Assembly (NCBI GenBank): GCA_023267635.1
Contig: JAHFMX010000005.1
Coordinates: forward strand, 1,989-65,988
Length of the DNA stretch: 64,000 nucleotides
Direction: 5' to 3'
Origin: a bacterium
Lineage (GTDB): Bacteria > Patescibacteriota > Minisyncoccia > Phycocordibacterales > UBA5272
Shown: piece by piece, positions 8,852-17,816 of the stretch
How the letters are laid out: each line of letters starts with the position of its first letter
How positions within the stretch are numbered: position 1 is the first letter of the stretch
Program-made: the position numbers and the translations under genes
The notes under the pieces: generated by a model
Told to the model about the DNA's origin: nothing
The model's database searches: none
What the model saw: the letters and a program-made list of their open reading frames with translations, nothing else

Positions 8852-11191
8852 TTAAATAGCCTGCAGGTTAGTTCCAAGTGTACGAGAAACCACAAGTGGG
8901 AGCGTTGAGAGGTTTCTTTTCTTGAGAACGCTCTCAAGCACGACAACGAGCTGGTCGGCAACAGATTCAGCAACTTCTTTTTCAATTTCAAATACAAGTT
9001 CATCATGAATTTGAATAACAAGCTTCACTTTGTCAGTTAGTCCCTTTTCAACAAGATACTCATGGGCATCAAGCATTGCGAGTTTAAGAATATCTGCAGA
9101 CGTTCCTTGGATTGGGGCGTTGATCGCAATTCTCTCCCCCTGCGCACGAAGGAATGGGAGCGGGCTTTTAAGAAGCGGAACTTCGCGACGGCGTCCGAGA
9201 ATTGTTTCTGTGTACCCATGTTTCCATGCAAACGCTTTTACTTCTTCCAAGTATTCCATCAAACGAACAAACGTTACTTTATACTGATCATAAAATTCCT
9301 GCGCTTCTGCACGTTCAACTTTCATACCTTCTTTAAGAGCAGTAACTCCCATGCCGTACAAAATTCCGAAGTTAATTGCTTTTGCTTTTCGTCTCATATC
9401 AGGTGTTACATCTTCTTCTTTCACATTAAACACACGAGCTGCTGTTCCTGTGTGAACATCTATGTTATTCGCAAAAATTTCTACGAGGTGAGGATCGTTC
9501 GAAAGCATCGCTGCTGCACGAAGATCAATCTGAGCATAATCACACGAAAGAAGAACTTTTCCTTTTGAAGCAACGAAGGCTTCACGAACTTTCTGCCCTA
9601 GCTCACTCTTGATTGGAAGGTTCTGTAGGTTTGGATCTTCACAACTAAATCTTCCCGTCCCCGCCCCTGTTTGAATAAAGTGCGCATGTATTCTTCCGTC
9701 TTCTTTCACGTACTGTGGGAGTGAGTCGATATACGTTGAAAGAAGTTTCATCATTTCTCGATATGTTGAAATCTTGTCCACGATTGGATGTTCATCTCTT
9801 ATTTTTTCAAGCTCTGTTGCATTAGTACTCTTCGCGCCTGTCGCAGTCTTTTTAATCTTTGTCCCAAGATTAAGTTTCTCGTACAATACTTCACTTAACT
9901 GTTTTGGTGAACCAATATTAAACTCCATACCAGCAAGTGTGTAGATTTCTTTTTCTAGTTTCTTTACCTCAATATGAAGATGCTCACTTAGTACTTTGAG
10001 CTCTTTGACATCGAGCGTGATTCCGTTAACTTCCATATCACGAATTCGCGGCATGAGTGGACGCTCTACATCAACAAAGAGCGGCCACAATTTTTCTCGT
10101 TTCAGCTCTTCTTCAAGATACGCTTTCATCTCTGCTGCCGTCTTTTTACCGGTAACATTTTGAATATCAACAACTGAAGCATTAGTCATTTCACTGTGAA
10201 GAAGATGGACCATTACTCGCAACTCTTCCAGATCATCAAATGCAACTTCTTCTTTAACTTCCTCTACTACAACAGGTGCCCCTCTCATTCTTTCGAGCTT
10301 GCTTCTGAGCGATCGGAATTCATACTTATCGCACATCGCTTCATACTGTGAGATGTCTATACTTTCAAGCCATGTTGTGTCTGGCTTCTCATATACACAC
10401 GGCGCATCTCGTCGGATGGTGGCGAGCGTTTTAGAAAACAATGCCTCCTCTTCCCCTTCTTCAACAAGCTTAACCACTCGCTCTTTGAAACCATCAAGAA
10501 GTAACTGATCGCGCTTCTTTTTTAGCTGCTTATAGATGCCTTCAATTTCACCGTACTTCTTAATGAGTTCAGTAGCTGTCTTGTCTCCAATACCTTTAAT
10601 ACCGATGATGTTATCCGACGGATCCCCAGCTAATCCTTTGTAGTCAGGAATACGTTCTGGTCCAAAACCAAAACGATCAATAACCGCTTGTTCATTGTAG
10701 AGAATTGTCTCCGTACCTTTTCTCATGGTGTACACCGTCACGCGATCATCATCTACAAGCTGTAATGTATCCATGTCCCCTGACGCAATAATAATGCGTG
10801 TATCTTTTTCTTTCTTTAACTGCTCTGCGATTGTTCCCAGTAAATCATCTGCTTCAAATCCCTCACACTCATACAAAGGAATTGAGAGTGCTTTACAAAG
10901 ATTTCTTGATTCTTTGATTTGCTCAATGAGTGAGTCATCAGTTTTTGCGCGCCCCGCTTTGTATCCAGCGTAACTTGTGTGACGAAAAGTTGGCTTCGGT
11001 AAATCAAAACATGCAGCAATATAGTCTGGTTGTATTTCTTCAAAGATACGCAGTGTCATGGTAATGAATCCATAGAGCGCCCCTGTTGGTCGTCCATCAT
11101 GCGTAGCAAATCCTGTCATAGCGTGAAACCCACGATGAAGTATCGCATGAGCATCTAGCAGCACAATAGTTGTTCTTTTATCTTTCGTCAT
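8852..11191 (-). CDS. polA: DNA polymerase I (5'-3' exonuclease + polymerase domains; no obvious 3'-5' exonuclease domain)
   Basis: N-terminal 5' nuclease (ILLDAHAILHRGFHA), polymerase motif A DYAQIDLR, motif B RRKAKAINFGILYG, motif C QIHDELVFE; 779 aa. Confidence 0.85.
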   Translation of the reverse strand: MTKDKRTTIVLLDAHAILHRGFHAMTGFATHDGRPTGALYGFITMTLRIFEEIQPDYIAACFDLPKPTFRHTSYAGYKAGRAKTDDSLIEQIKESRNLCKALSIPLYECEGFEADDLLGTIAEQLKKEKDTRIIIASGDMDTLQLVDDDRVTVYTMRKGTETILYNEQAVIDRFGFGPERIPDYKGLAGDPSDNIIGIKGIGDKTATELIKKYGEIEGIYKQLKKKRDQLLLDGFKERVVKLVEEGEEEALFSKTLATIRRDAPCVYEKPDTTWLESIDISQYEAMCDKYEFRSLRSKLERMRGAPVVVEEVKEEVAFDDLEELRVMVHLLHSEMTNASVVDIQNVTGKKTAAEMKAYLEEELKREKLWPLFVDVERPLMPRIRDMEVNGITLDVKELKVLSEHLHIEVKKLEKEIYTLAGMEFNIGSPKQLSEVLYEKLNLGTKIKKTATGAKSTNATELEKIRDEHPIVDKISTYREMMKLLSTYIDSLPQYVKEDGRIHAHFIQTGAGTGRFSCEDPNLQNLPIKSELGQKVREAFVASKGKVLLSCDYAQIDLRAAAMLSNDPHLVEIFANNIDVHTGTAARVFNVKEEDVTPDMRRKAKAINFGILYGMGVTALKEGMKVERAEAQEFYDQYKVTFVRLMEYLEEVKAFAWKHGYTETILGRRREVPLLKSPLPFLRAQGERIAINAPIQGTSADILKLAMLDAHEYLVEKGLTDKVKLVIQIHDELVFEIEKEVAESVADQLVVVLESVLKKRNLSTLPLVVSRTLGTNLQAI

Positions 11192-11639
11192 AGGAAATAG
11201 TTACCTCGCGAGTCGATTCATCCTGCACCTTAAAATCAATCTCCATATCAGGACGAACATACGTCATCTTTGACGGCCACTCAATAACAATGAGTGCACT
11301 TTCATCTTTCAGGTCTTCCTCGAGTCGTAACACTTTTGCTTCTTCTGGAGAATTAAATCTATACGCATCCACATGAATTAATTTTTTAAATTTTGCATGT
11401 GTTCCCTCGTATTCTTTCTTAAGAATAAATGTCGGACTGTGCACGGTGTGTGATTCTATCCCAAGTACGCCAGCCAAAGATTTTGTAAAGGTTGTTTTTC
11501 CTGCACCCAAGTCTCCAGTAAGCAAAATAACAAATGCCTTCTTGGTGAGGCTGGCTGTATGCATTCCGCTTAAGATAGTGGAAACTCTCTCAGAAAGCCC
11601 TCCTAAGTCTTGTTCTGTAAGTAAAAAAACCTCTTTCAT
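11178..11639 (-). CDS. tsaE: tRNA threonylcarbamoyladenosine biosynthesis ATPase TsaE
   Basis: LLTGDLGAGKTTFTKSL P-loop typical of TsaE/YjeE; track start 11663 is a TTG, first ATG at 11639. Confidence 0.75.
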   Translation of the reverse strand: MKEVFLLTEQDLGGLSERVSTILSGMHTASLTKKAFVILLTGDLGAGKTTFTKSLAGVLGIESHTVHSPTFILKKEYEGTHAKFKKLIHVDAYRFNSPEEAKVLRLEEDLKDESALIVIEWPSKMTYVRPDMEIDFKVQDESTREVTISYDER

Positions 11640-11742
11640 TACCCCTATGATACCACGAAACAAACCACCCTTTCAGGCTCCCGATTTCATTAGATTGTAA
11701 TCAATCCTTTTGAAATCGCAGTACCTTTAGGTGCGGTTTGTT

Positions 11743-11787
11743 AAAAAGAAAAGCGACACCGTACGGTGTCGCTTTTCTTTTTATTTT
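11743..11787. terminator. Bidirectional rho-independent terminator
   Basis: A-run, hairpin gcgacacc-gtac-ggtgtcgc, T-run; downstream of the surface-protein gene. Confidence 0.7.
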
Positions 11788-11822
11788 TCCTGTCGGCTCA
11801 CATAAGGCAATACGTGAACAGT

Positions 11823-13637
11823 TTAGTGAGATACTCGTCTATCAGTTGAGTATGATGAGTAGAGACTTCGTCCAAGGATAAAGATGATGAAGAGGATTGC
11901 AATAAGAGCAAGCCATTCAACAAGAGAGTTTGGAAGGAATCCTCGCTCATCTGAAGCACCAATCACCTTCTTTGAACCTGTGTCTACTTTCGCGTCTGAT
12001 GAAGATGCAACTGAACCAACAACGTATGCTGTTACTTCGTCTTCTACAGTAGTTCCTGGTACTGAATAATTCGTGTACGCAGTTGTAACCATAGACTTAC
12101 CAAGCACGGCATCCTTAGCTACTGTTCCTGTCCAATTGATACTCATTTCTCCGTATGGTGAAAGTGAAACATTTGAAACAGTAAGCACGTGAGTGATAGG
12201 ATCGTAATTTCCTGCTGAAGCATTTGTAAGAGTAATTTCCTGTGGGATAGTTACCTTTACTGTTACTCCAGTAAGCGCACTATCAGAAACGTTCTTAAGT
12301 GTAAGTTTGTAATTAACTACAGAAGAAGCTGTAAGGTTTCCTCCAACCTTTTCAATCTGAAGAGAGATAAGTTTCTGTCCGTTGTTAATAATCTCAGATG
12401 CTGACTTTGAACCTACGGTAACGTATGTACCATCAACACAAAGAACCTGGTTTGTCTTTGTTACTGTCTTAGTAACAGGAGACTTTACGATTGGTTTTAC
12501 ATACGTAACTGCTGTTGTCTTTGTAGTAAACGCTACAATCTCTCCCTTAACTACACCGTACTGGTTCTGCATTACTGCGCGACAGTAGTATGTTGTTCGT
12601 GGCTTAAGATTTGTAAGAACGTTTGAGAATGGCGCTGTTGGAGATGATCCAATGTTTGCCTTTGCTGTCTCGCGTCCAAGGTTTGATGTCTCACCGTATT
12701 CGAACCATCCAGTTGACTGTGCGCCTGAAGCGATAAGTCCGATTCCGTTACAACGAGCGCTTGTAAGAGTGATCTCAGTTGCTACTGATGTGATAACGTT
12801 ATTAAACTTAATGGTCTGTGGAGGAACGTATGGAACATAGGTGTTTCCTACGTAACATGTCTGGTTAACAGGAATACTTGTTCCGTTAGCACATACTTTG
12901 TACTGTGCAGGACAAATTGAGTTAACAGAGATTCTTGATCCATCCCAACAAAGCTGTGTAGTTACTACGGGAGCAACGACTGTACGGTTACATCCAGTTG
13001 TAGGAGACGGAAGCTGTCCGTCAGAACATACAGTGTTTGTATTTGTAGGAATAATGTTTGTACGAGTACATGATCCATTCGTCGGAGCAAAACCATCAGA
13101 ACATACTGTGTTATTAGTTACAGGGAGTGTTGTCGTCCGGTTACACCCTGTTGTTGGTGAAGGAATAGTTCCATCAGAACAACGAGTAACTGTCGTAACA
13201 GGAACTGTAGGCTGCGTTACAACTGGCTGTGTGTACACAGGTTGAGTGTATGTTGGTTGTGTATATACAGGCTGAGTATATGTAGGTTGTGTGTAGGTAT
13301 ATGAAGGGTAACTATATGATGTGCCTGTGTTATACCCAGTCCATGAAGGAGATGTGCTGTAATTAGTTGAACCATAATTAACTGTACCGTACTCTACAGA
13401 GCTGTAAGTAACACCTGTATCATATGTAGGATATATTGTTCCTGTATCATACGTTGGATACGTAGTTGACCAAGATCCTGTGTCGTATGTCGGATATGTT
13501 GTAGACCAAGAACCTGTGTCGTAGCTTGGGTAAGTTGTTGACCATGAGCCATCTTCTTGAGCAATAGCAATAGCTACTCCTGAGAGGAGATTCATTGTAA
13601 GCATTACAGCAAGCATTTTCTGAGTGATGTGTTTCAT
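11823..13637 (-). CDS. Repeat-rich cell-surface protein with signal peptide and C-terminal membrane anchor
   Basis: Signal peptide MKHITQKMLAVMLTMNLLSGVAIAIA; tandem GSWSTTYPTYDTG, YTQP(T/V) and CSDGxxPxPTTGCNRT repeats; DUF11-like beta segments; C-terminal FLPNSLVEWLALIAILFIIFILGRS hydrophobic anchor plus basic tail. Confidence 0.6.
   Translation of the reverse strand: MKHITQKMLAVMLTMNLLSGVAIAIAQEDGSWSTTYPSYDTGSWSTTYPTYDTGSWSTTYPTYDTGTIYPTYDTGVTYSSVEYGTVNYGSTNYSTSPSWTGYNTGTSYSYPSYTYTQPTYTQPVYTQPTYTQPVYTQPVVTQPTVPVTTVTRCSDGTIPSPTTGCNRTTTLPVTNNTVCSDGFAPTNGSCTRTNIIPTNTNTVCSDGQLPSPTTGCNRTVVAPVVTTQLCWDGSRISVNSICPAQYKVCANGTSIPVNQTCYVGNTYVPYVPPQTIKFNNVITSVATEITLTSARCNGIGLIASGAQSTGWFEYGETSNLGRETAKANIGSSPTAPFSNVLTNLKPRTTYYCRAVMQNQYGVVKGEIVAFTTKTTAVTYVKPIVKSPVTKTVTKTNQVLCVDGTYVTVGSKSASEIINNGQKLISLQIEKVGGNLTASSVVNYKLTLKNVSDSALTGVTVKVTIPQEITLTNASAGNYDPITHVLTVSNVSLSPYGEMSINWTGTVAKDAVLGKSMVTTAYTNYSVPGTTVEDEVTAYVVGSVASSSDAKVDTGSKKVIGASDERGFLPNSLVEWLALIAILFIIFILGRSLYSSYSTDRRVSH
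12947..13556 (-). repeat. In-frame tandem coding repeats (three repeat families) inside surface-protein gene
   Basis: Repeated 39-42-nt units encoding GSWSTTYP(T/S)YDTG x3-4, 12-15-nt units YTQP(T/V) x6, and about 120-nt units CSDG...TTGCNRT x3 visible in DNA and translation. Confidence 0.7.
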
Positions 13638-13721
13638 ATAATAATTATGGTTATATGATATGCATTATACTACACATGATTACAAAAGTCAATAGCCTTA
13701 AATAAGTTACCTCTTCAATAT

Positions 13722-13753
13722 AAAAAACACCCAGACGATTCCTCGTCTGGGTG
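13722..13753 (-). terminator. Rho-independent terminator
   Basis: Hairpin cacccagacg-attc-cgtctgggtg flanked by A-run on + strand (T-run on - strand), downstream of 13770..14516. Confidence 0.7.
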
Positions 13754-13769
13754 CATTGTCAAATGCGCG

Positions 13770-14516
13770 TCATTTCACCTGAACATGACTAAAGGTCGTG
13801 CTGGAGATGGTGCCTTTACCGTCCTTCACGCCAACCGCGATGCCGTTTTTGGCAGCAACCCGTGCATTCCACTGCTTTTCCGATTCAGCTCCAACGCGGG
13901 GTTCAACCTGAATAGCAGAGCACTGGGACGGCATCCCAGAGATAAGGCGATCCGCGTAGCAACCACGCTTGTTAGCAGCAGTTGCCTCTGGATGCACCCA
14001 GCCCCAGAACGCGCCGCCTGCTGGAGGTGGTGAAAGCACTGCCTCTTTTTGGTCAGACACAGGCTTGCGACTGTCGGCCACGTTGCCACCTTTCTTCGGC
14101 GCCTTCTTGGGCGGTGCTTTTTGCACAACAGGAACTTCCTTGCCGACACATTTTTCGCCGACGATTTTCTCCACCTCGGAGGCAGAGACGCCGAAAGTTT
14201 CAACCTTCGGGACTTTTTGCGCCGCGAGTTTCAGTTGATCGACTTCGTCCTGAAGTTTTTTCAGTTCGACCTTGTGGGCCACCTTGGCTTCCTTGCGGTC
14301 ACCCAGGTTGTCACACAAAAGAAAGACGGAAAAGAGGAACAGGAGGGCGGCCGCAATAAATGCGCCGATCGCCATCTTCTTCCACTTTTGCGTTTCCTGC
14401 TTGGATTCGCCGAGTTTGCTGTTGAGCTCGTCAGCGACAGTTTTCAAGCGGACCGAATAATCGGAATCGCTTTCGCCTTGGCCTTTTTCAAAGCCGTTCG
14501 GGTTCATGACTTGCAT
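13770..14516 (-). CDS. Bitopic membrane protein with coiled-coil and Lys/Pro-rich ectodomain, in GC-rich islet
   Basis: 248 aa; one TM (MAIGAFIAAALLFLFSVFLLC), coiled-coil KKLQDEVDQLKLAAQK, PPKKAPKK tract, C-terminal domain GAFWGWVHPE...; local GC about 57% vs about 40% background, which generates the many overlapping spurious ORFs on both strands. Confidence 0.55.
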   Translation of the reverse strand: MQVMNPNGFEKGQGESDSDYSVRLKTVADELNSKLGESKQETQKWKKMAIGAFIAAALLFLFSVFLLCDNLGDRKEAKVAHKVELKKLQDEVDQLKLAAQKVPKVETFGVSASEVEKIVGEKCVGKEVPVVQKAPPKKAPKKGGNVADSRKPVSDQKEAVLSPPPAGGAFWGWVHPEATAANKRGCYADRLISGMPSQCSAIQVEPRVGAESEKQWNARVAAKNGIAVGVKDGKGTISSTTFSHVQVK

Positions 14517-14650
14517 GAGATTTCTCCTTCAAAAAGGTTTTCAAATAAAAGAACTAGCTTCGAGTGGGCCGTGTATGCACCACGCTCTTAAGTATTAGTA
14601 TACAGTAAATTATAAAAAAGTCAATAGCTTCATTCATTATGTTTGGATAT

Positions 14651-14676
14651 AAAAAACCGACCCTGAGTAGGGTCGG
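14651..14676 (-). terminator. Rho-independent terminator
   Basis: aaaaaa + hairpin ccgaccctgagtagggtcgg, downstream of 14706..15410. Confidence 0.7.
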
Positions 14677-14705
14677 TTGCCTTCAAAAGAAAGCTTGTGG
14701 GAGAA

Positions 14706-15410
14706 TTACTCCTGAAAACGAGGGGCGTCCCCTGGCAAGCACGCGAACGTGTTGTGTTGAGGGTGTCCTTGCCAGTTGAGGCGGCCCCAGGTTTTACCTG
14801 TCCCGCAAACGGGGGCATGTCCTTGCGACATGACCTGCGAAGCCTTGCCTGTGACAAGGCCTTCTGCTTTTTGGCGAGCCTTTGCTTCACAGGTCGGGGT
14901 GTCAGCTTCCTTGGTGACGACGCCGTCAATGTTGCAGAAGACGCCGCGAGTCGAAGACTGAACACCGCCTTGGTGTCCGTAGCCAACGTTTTCGTGTTGA
15001 TGTCCTTGTGGAACCGCAACACGCTGACCTTGGTTGCTCATCATTGGGCAAAACACATTGCCGGCGAGAAAGCCGAGCAATCCGCCGCCTTCGGTGTGTT
15101 TGGCATCGTTACCATCCCGTGCTCCGAGATAGCGTCCGCCGCGTTCCACCAGTCCAGCGCAGAAACTGCTACTGCCTTGAGTTGAACCAAACGGAGCACT
15201 CGAACCGTAGTACGGTTGTGGTTGCGCGACAATAATGTTCTGACCACCGACGTGTCCACCGCTGTTTTGGGTGCACCACATGCCGTTGGTAAGAATCACC
15301 GGAGGCGAACCCGCGGGAATCAGTCCGCTGTTGGGATAGCAAGCAGCAGAAGCCGCTTGAACACCACACAGAAAAGCCAAAGCTGCGAGAGTTTTGAAAA
15401 ACGTGCTCAT
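14706..15410 (-). CDS. Secreted Cys/Gly/Gln-rich protein of unknown function, in GC-rich islet
   Basis: ATG at 15410 preceded by AAGGAG; signal peptide MSTFFKTLAALAFLCGVQAASAA; 10 Cys in mature part; GC about 57%. Confidence 0.55.
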   Translation of the reverse strand: MSTFFKTLAALAFLCGVQAASAACYPNSGLIPAGSPPVILTNGMWCTQNSGGHVGGQNIIVAQPQPYYGSSAPFGSTQGSSSFCAGLVERGGRYLGARDGNDAKHTEGGGLLGFLAGNVFCPMMSNQGQRVAVPQGHQHENVGYGHQGGVQSSTRGVFCNIDGVVTKEADTPTCEAKARQKAEGLVTGKASQVMSQGHAPVCGTGKTWGRLNWQGHPQHNTFACLPGDAPRFQE

Positions 15411-15488
15411 GACGAACTCCTTGAAATTGAAACGATTTGAAAGGGCAACTGAGCGTAGATTTAACGGAACTAATTCCACCCTATCTAG

Positions 15489-15507
15489 CATGTATACAGT
15501 ATACATG
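15489..15507. promoter_or_regulatory. Perfect 19-bp palindrome (candidate operator) in divergent intergenic region
   Basis: catgtatac-a-gtatacatg between 14706..15410 (-) and pilB (+). Confidence 0.35.
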
Positions 15508-15628
15508 AAATATAGGATTTGTCAAGTCCTTTTCTTTTATCAAACAAAGAGGCCTATCCCCTCACTTTTATTCCAAAAGCCTAGCCCCTTCACGACGTCC
15601 ACCATAAAAATAATCTAACTATAGAAGA

Positions 15629-17434
15629 TTGAGTGCTATGTGTATTTTTATGCGGTCGGGTACATGGATAGCGAAAAATATAATCGAGATGACCACATCT
15701 CTCTTTATTTTTCTGGTATATACTAATGCCATGACAATTGTCTTTGATGATGCACTCCAAAACCATAGACTTGACGAACTTCGTAAAGACGAAGAAGAGC
15801 AGCTCGTAAAAATCCTTTCTGACAAATACGGACTTCCTTATATTGATTTGCGAGGAATAGCGCCAGAACCTGACGCAATGCAATTTGTGAAAGAAGAAGA
15901 AGCGCGAGCCGCAGGATGTGTGCCTTTTAAGGTGGTTGGGCGTAAATTATATGTTGCCACTCTCTCCCCTTCTAATTCAAAATTAGAAGAACTTATTCGT
16001 CCTATTGAAACTAGGGGGTCAGAAATTATTCTCTATCTTTGTTCTCACGCGTCTCTTGAACATGTACTTTCTCGTTACGCGGATTTGAACCAATCAACAA
16101 AAGTTGAGAGTGGGATGCTTGAACTAACCAAAGAAAAGATGGTTACACTTATGGCGAGTTTCAGTAACATCGACGAGCTGCGTCAGCAATTCGATCTTCT
16201 CCTTGGTTCACCTGTGCTCTACAAAACAACACGAGTGATAGAACTCATTGTTGCTGGGGCTCTTAAGTTTGATGCGTCAGACATTCACATCGAACCAGAG
16301 GAAGAGAAAGTGCGTCTGCGGTATCGTTTAAATGGTGTGTTGGATGACATTGCTTTCTTTGATTTTGCTGCGCTTAAAAACATCACCAGTCGATTGAAGC
16401 TTCTCTCAGGACTTAAACTCTCCACAACGGCGAATGCTCAGGACGGGCGATTTAGTATTGATCTAGGAGATGTTGAGGTAGACGTTCGCGTGTCTGTTGT
16501 TCCAGGAAATTATGGTGAATCTTTCGTAATGCGTTTACTTGATCCACGACACACTGTTTCTAATCTGGATAACATTGCGTTCCCTGCACGACTCCGCGAG
16601 CTTGTTGAACACTCACTCGTTAAACCAAACGGTGTTATTTTAACTACTGGGCCAACAGGATCTGGAAAAACAACGACACTCTACGCGTTTTTACATAAGG
16701 TATATAATCCTGAAGTAAAAATTATTACGATTGAAGATCCAATCGAATATCACTTTGAAGGTATTACACAAACTCAGGTAGAGGAAGAAAAAGGATATAC
16801 ATTTCTTTCTGGTCTTCGAGCGGCGCTTCGCCAAGACCCTGACGTAATCATGGTGGGAGAAATTCGAGATGAAGACACAGCTAAAGTAGCGATTAACGCA
16901 GCCCTCACAGGACACTTGGTGCTTTCAACACTTCACACCAACAACGCTGCTGGAACTATTCCACGTTTAATTGATCTTGGCATAAATCCAAAAGTTATTG
17001 CGGGAGCGCTTTCTCTTGCACTTGCTCAGCGCCTTGTGAGAACTCTCTGTCAAGAATGTAAAGCCGCCTATGAAACAACAGAAAAAGAAGCTCGTATTAT
17101 TACGACTATTTTGGGTGATATGAAAACATCTGGTAAAGAACCTGAGATGATGGGGCATGTTCCAGCGCTCACCTACTCTATATTTAAACCAGTTGGATGT
17201 GCTAAGTGTGAAATGACAGGATACAAAGGGCGTATCGGAATCTTTGAGGCAATTGTAATGACTGAGGCTGTTGAAAAGACGCTTATTACGAATCCGAGCG
17301 AGCGAGAAGTGCGTGCGGCAGCCAAAGATCAAGGAATCCCTACCCTTCGTGAAGATGCTATAATTAAGGTACTCGAAGGTATTACTTCACTTGATGAAGT
17401 TTCCAGAGTGGTAGATCTTTATAGTGAAAGCTAA
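15629..17434 (+). CDS. pilB: Type IV pilus / type II secretion assembly ATPase (PilB/GspE family)
   Basis: GspII_E N-domain (LSDKYGLPYIDL), Walker A GPTGSGKTT, Asp box DPIEYHF, Walker B IMVGEIRD, His box GHLVLSTLHTN, tetracysteine CQEC...CAKC; track start is TTG, ATG candidates 15638/15689/15731. Confidence 0.85.
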   Translation: MSAMCIFMRSGTWIAKNIIEMTTSLFIFLVYTNAMTIVFDDALQNHRLDELRKDEEEQLVKILSDKYGLPYIDLRGIAPEPDAMQFVKEEEARAAGCVPFKVVGRKLYVATLSPSNSKLEELIRPIETRGSEIILYLCSHASLEHVLSRYADLNQSTKVESGMLELTKEKMVTLMASFSNIDELRQQFDLLLGSPVLYKTTRVIELIVAGALKFDASDIHIEPEEEKVRLRYRLNGVLDDIAFFDFAALKNITSRLKLLSGLKLSTTANAQDGRFSIDLGDVEVDVRVSVVPGNYGESFVMRLLDPRHTVSNLDNIAFPARLRELVEHSLVKPNGVILTTGPTGSGKTTTLYAFLHKVYNPEVKIITIEDPIEYHFEGITQTQVEEEKGYTFLSGLRAALRQDPDVIMVGEIRDEDTAKVAINAALTGHLVLSTLHTNNAAGTIPRLIDLGINPKVIAGALSLALAQRLVRTLCQECKAAYETTEKEARIITTILGDMKTSGKEPEMMGHVPALTYSIFKPVGCAKCEMTGYKGRIGIFEAIVMTEAVEKTLITNPSEREVRAAAKDQGIPTLREDAIIKVLEGITSLDEVSRVVDLYSES

Positions 17435-17576
17435 GCAGGATATGAGACGATTTTTGATTCCAGTAAGACTTTAGATGTGAGGCGTGACTAAGATTTTTTA
17501 CGAAGGTGTACGAAATAGTACTCCGAGAAAAAAATTGACGTCACAACAAAGCAGATAAGGTTTTAATGGAAGACAA

Positions 17577-17718
17577 AAACCCATATACCTCTAAGCAACC
17601 CCTTGGTGAAGAACGATCCTTCATAAGGATAGGCACAGAACGTAGCAAGTACGACCAGACCGTCCTCCGAATTAGAAAGTGAAAACTAGGTTTCCGATTG
17701 TTTAGAGATATATGGGTT
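17577..17718. ncRNA. Candidate structured RNA closed by a 21-bp helix
   Basis: aacccatatacctctaagcaa (17577-17597) pairs with ttgtttagagatatatgggtt (17698-17718) with 1 mismatch + 1 G-U; internal hairpins (atcctt-cat-aaggat); 380-bp non-coding gap between pilB and ruvB. Confidence 0.3.
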
Positions 17719-17816
17719 CTGACAAAGTTGTGAACTGCTTGCAATCCACTACCAGCTAATTATAGCACATAAAAAACTTTTGTCAAATCCCCTTCCTTAC
17801 CCTCAAAAAAGACCCC

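Noticed and set aside
9062-9568. 168-aa + strand ORF antisense to polA
   Set aside because: Lies fully inside the well-supported polA CDS. Low-complexity Phe/Cys-rich translation.
13785-15440. About 15 overlapping ORFs of 60-180 aa on both strands inside the GC-rich islet
   Set aside because: High GC suppresses stop codons. Only the two minus-strand ORFs have signal/TM features, an RBS and terminators.
17577-17718. Assignment as RNase P RNA or 4.5S SRP RNA
   Set aside because: Too short for RNase P. The P4 and domain-IV consensus motifs could not be matched by eye. Left as an unclassified candidate.
17541-17744. 67-aa minus-strand ORF in pilB-ruvB gap
   Set aside because: No RBS and no homology. 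The region is better explained as a structured RNA.
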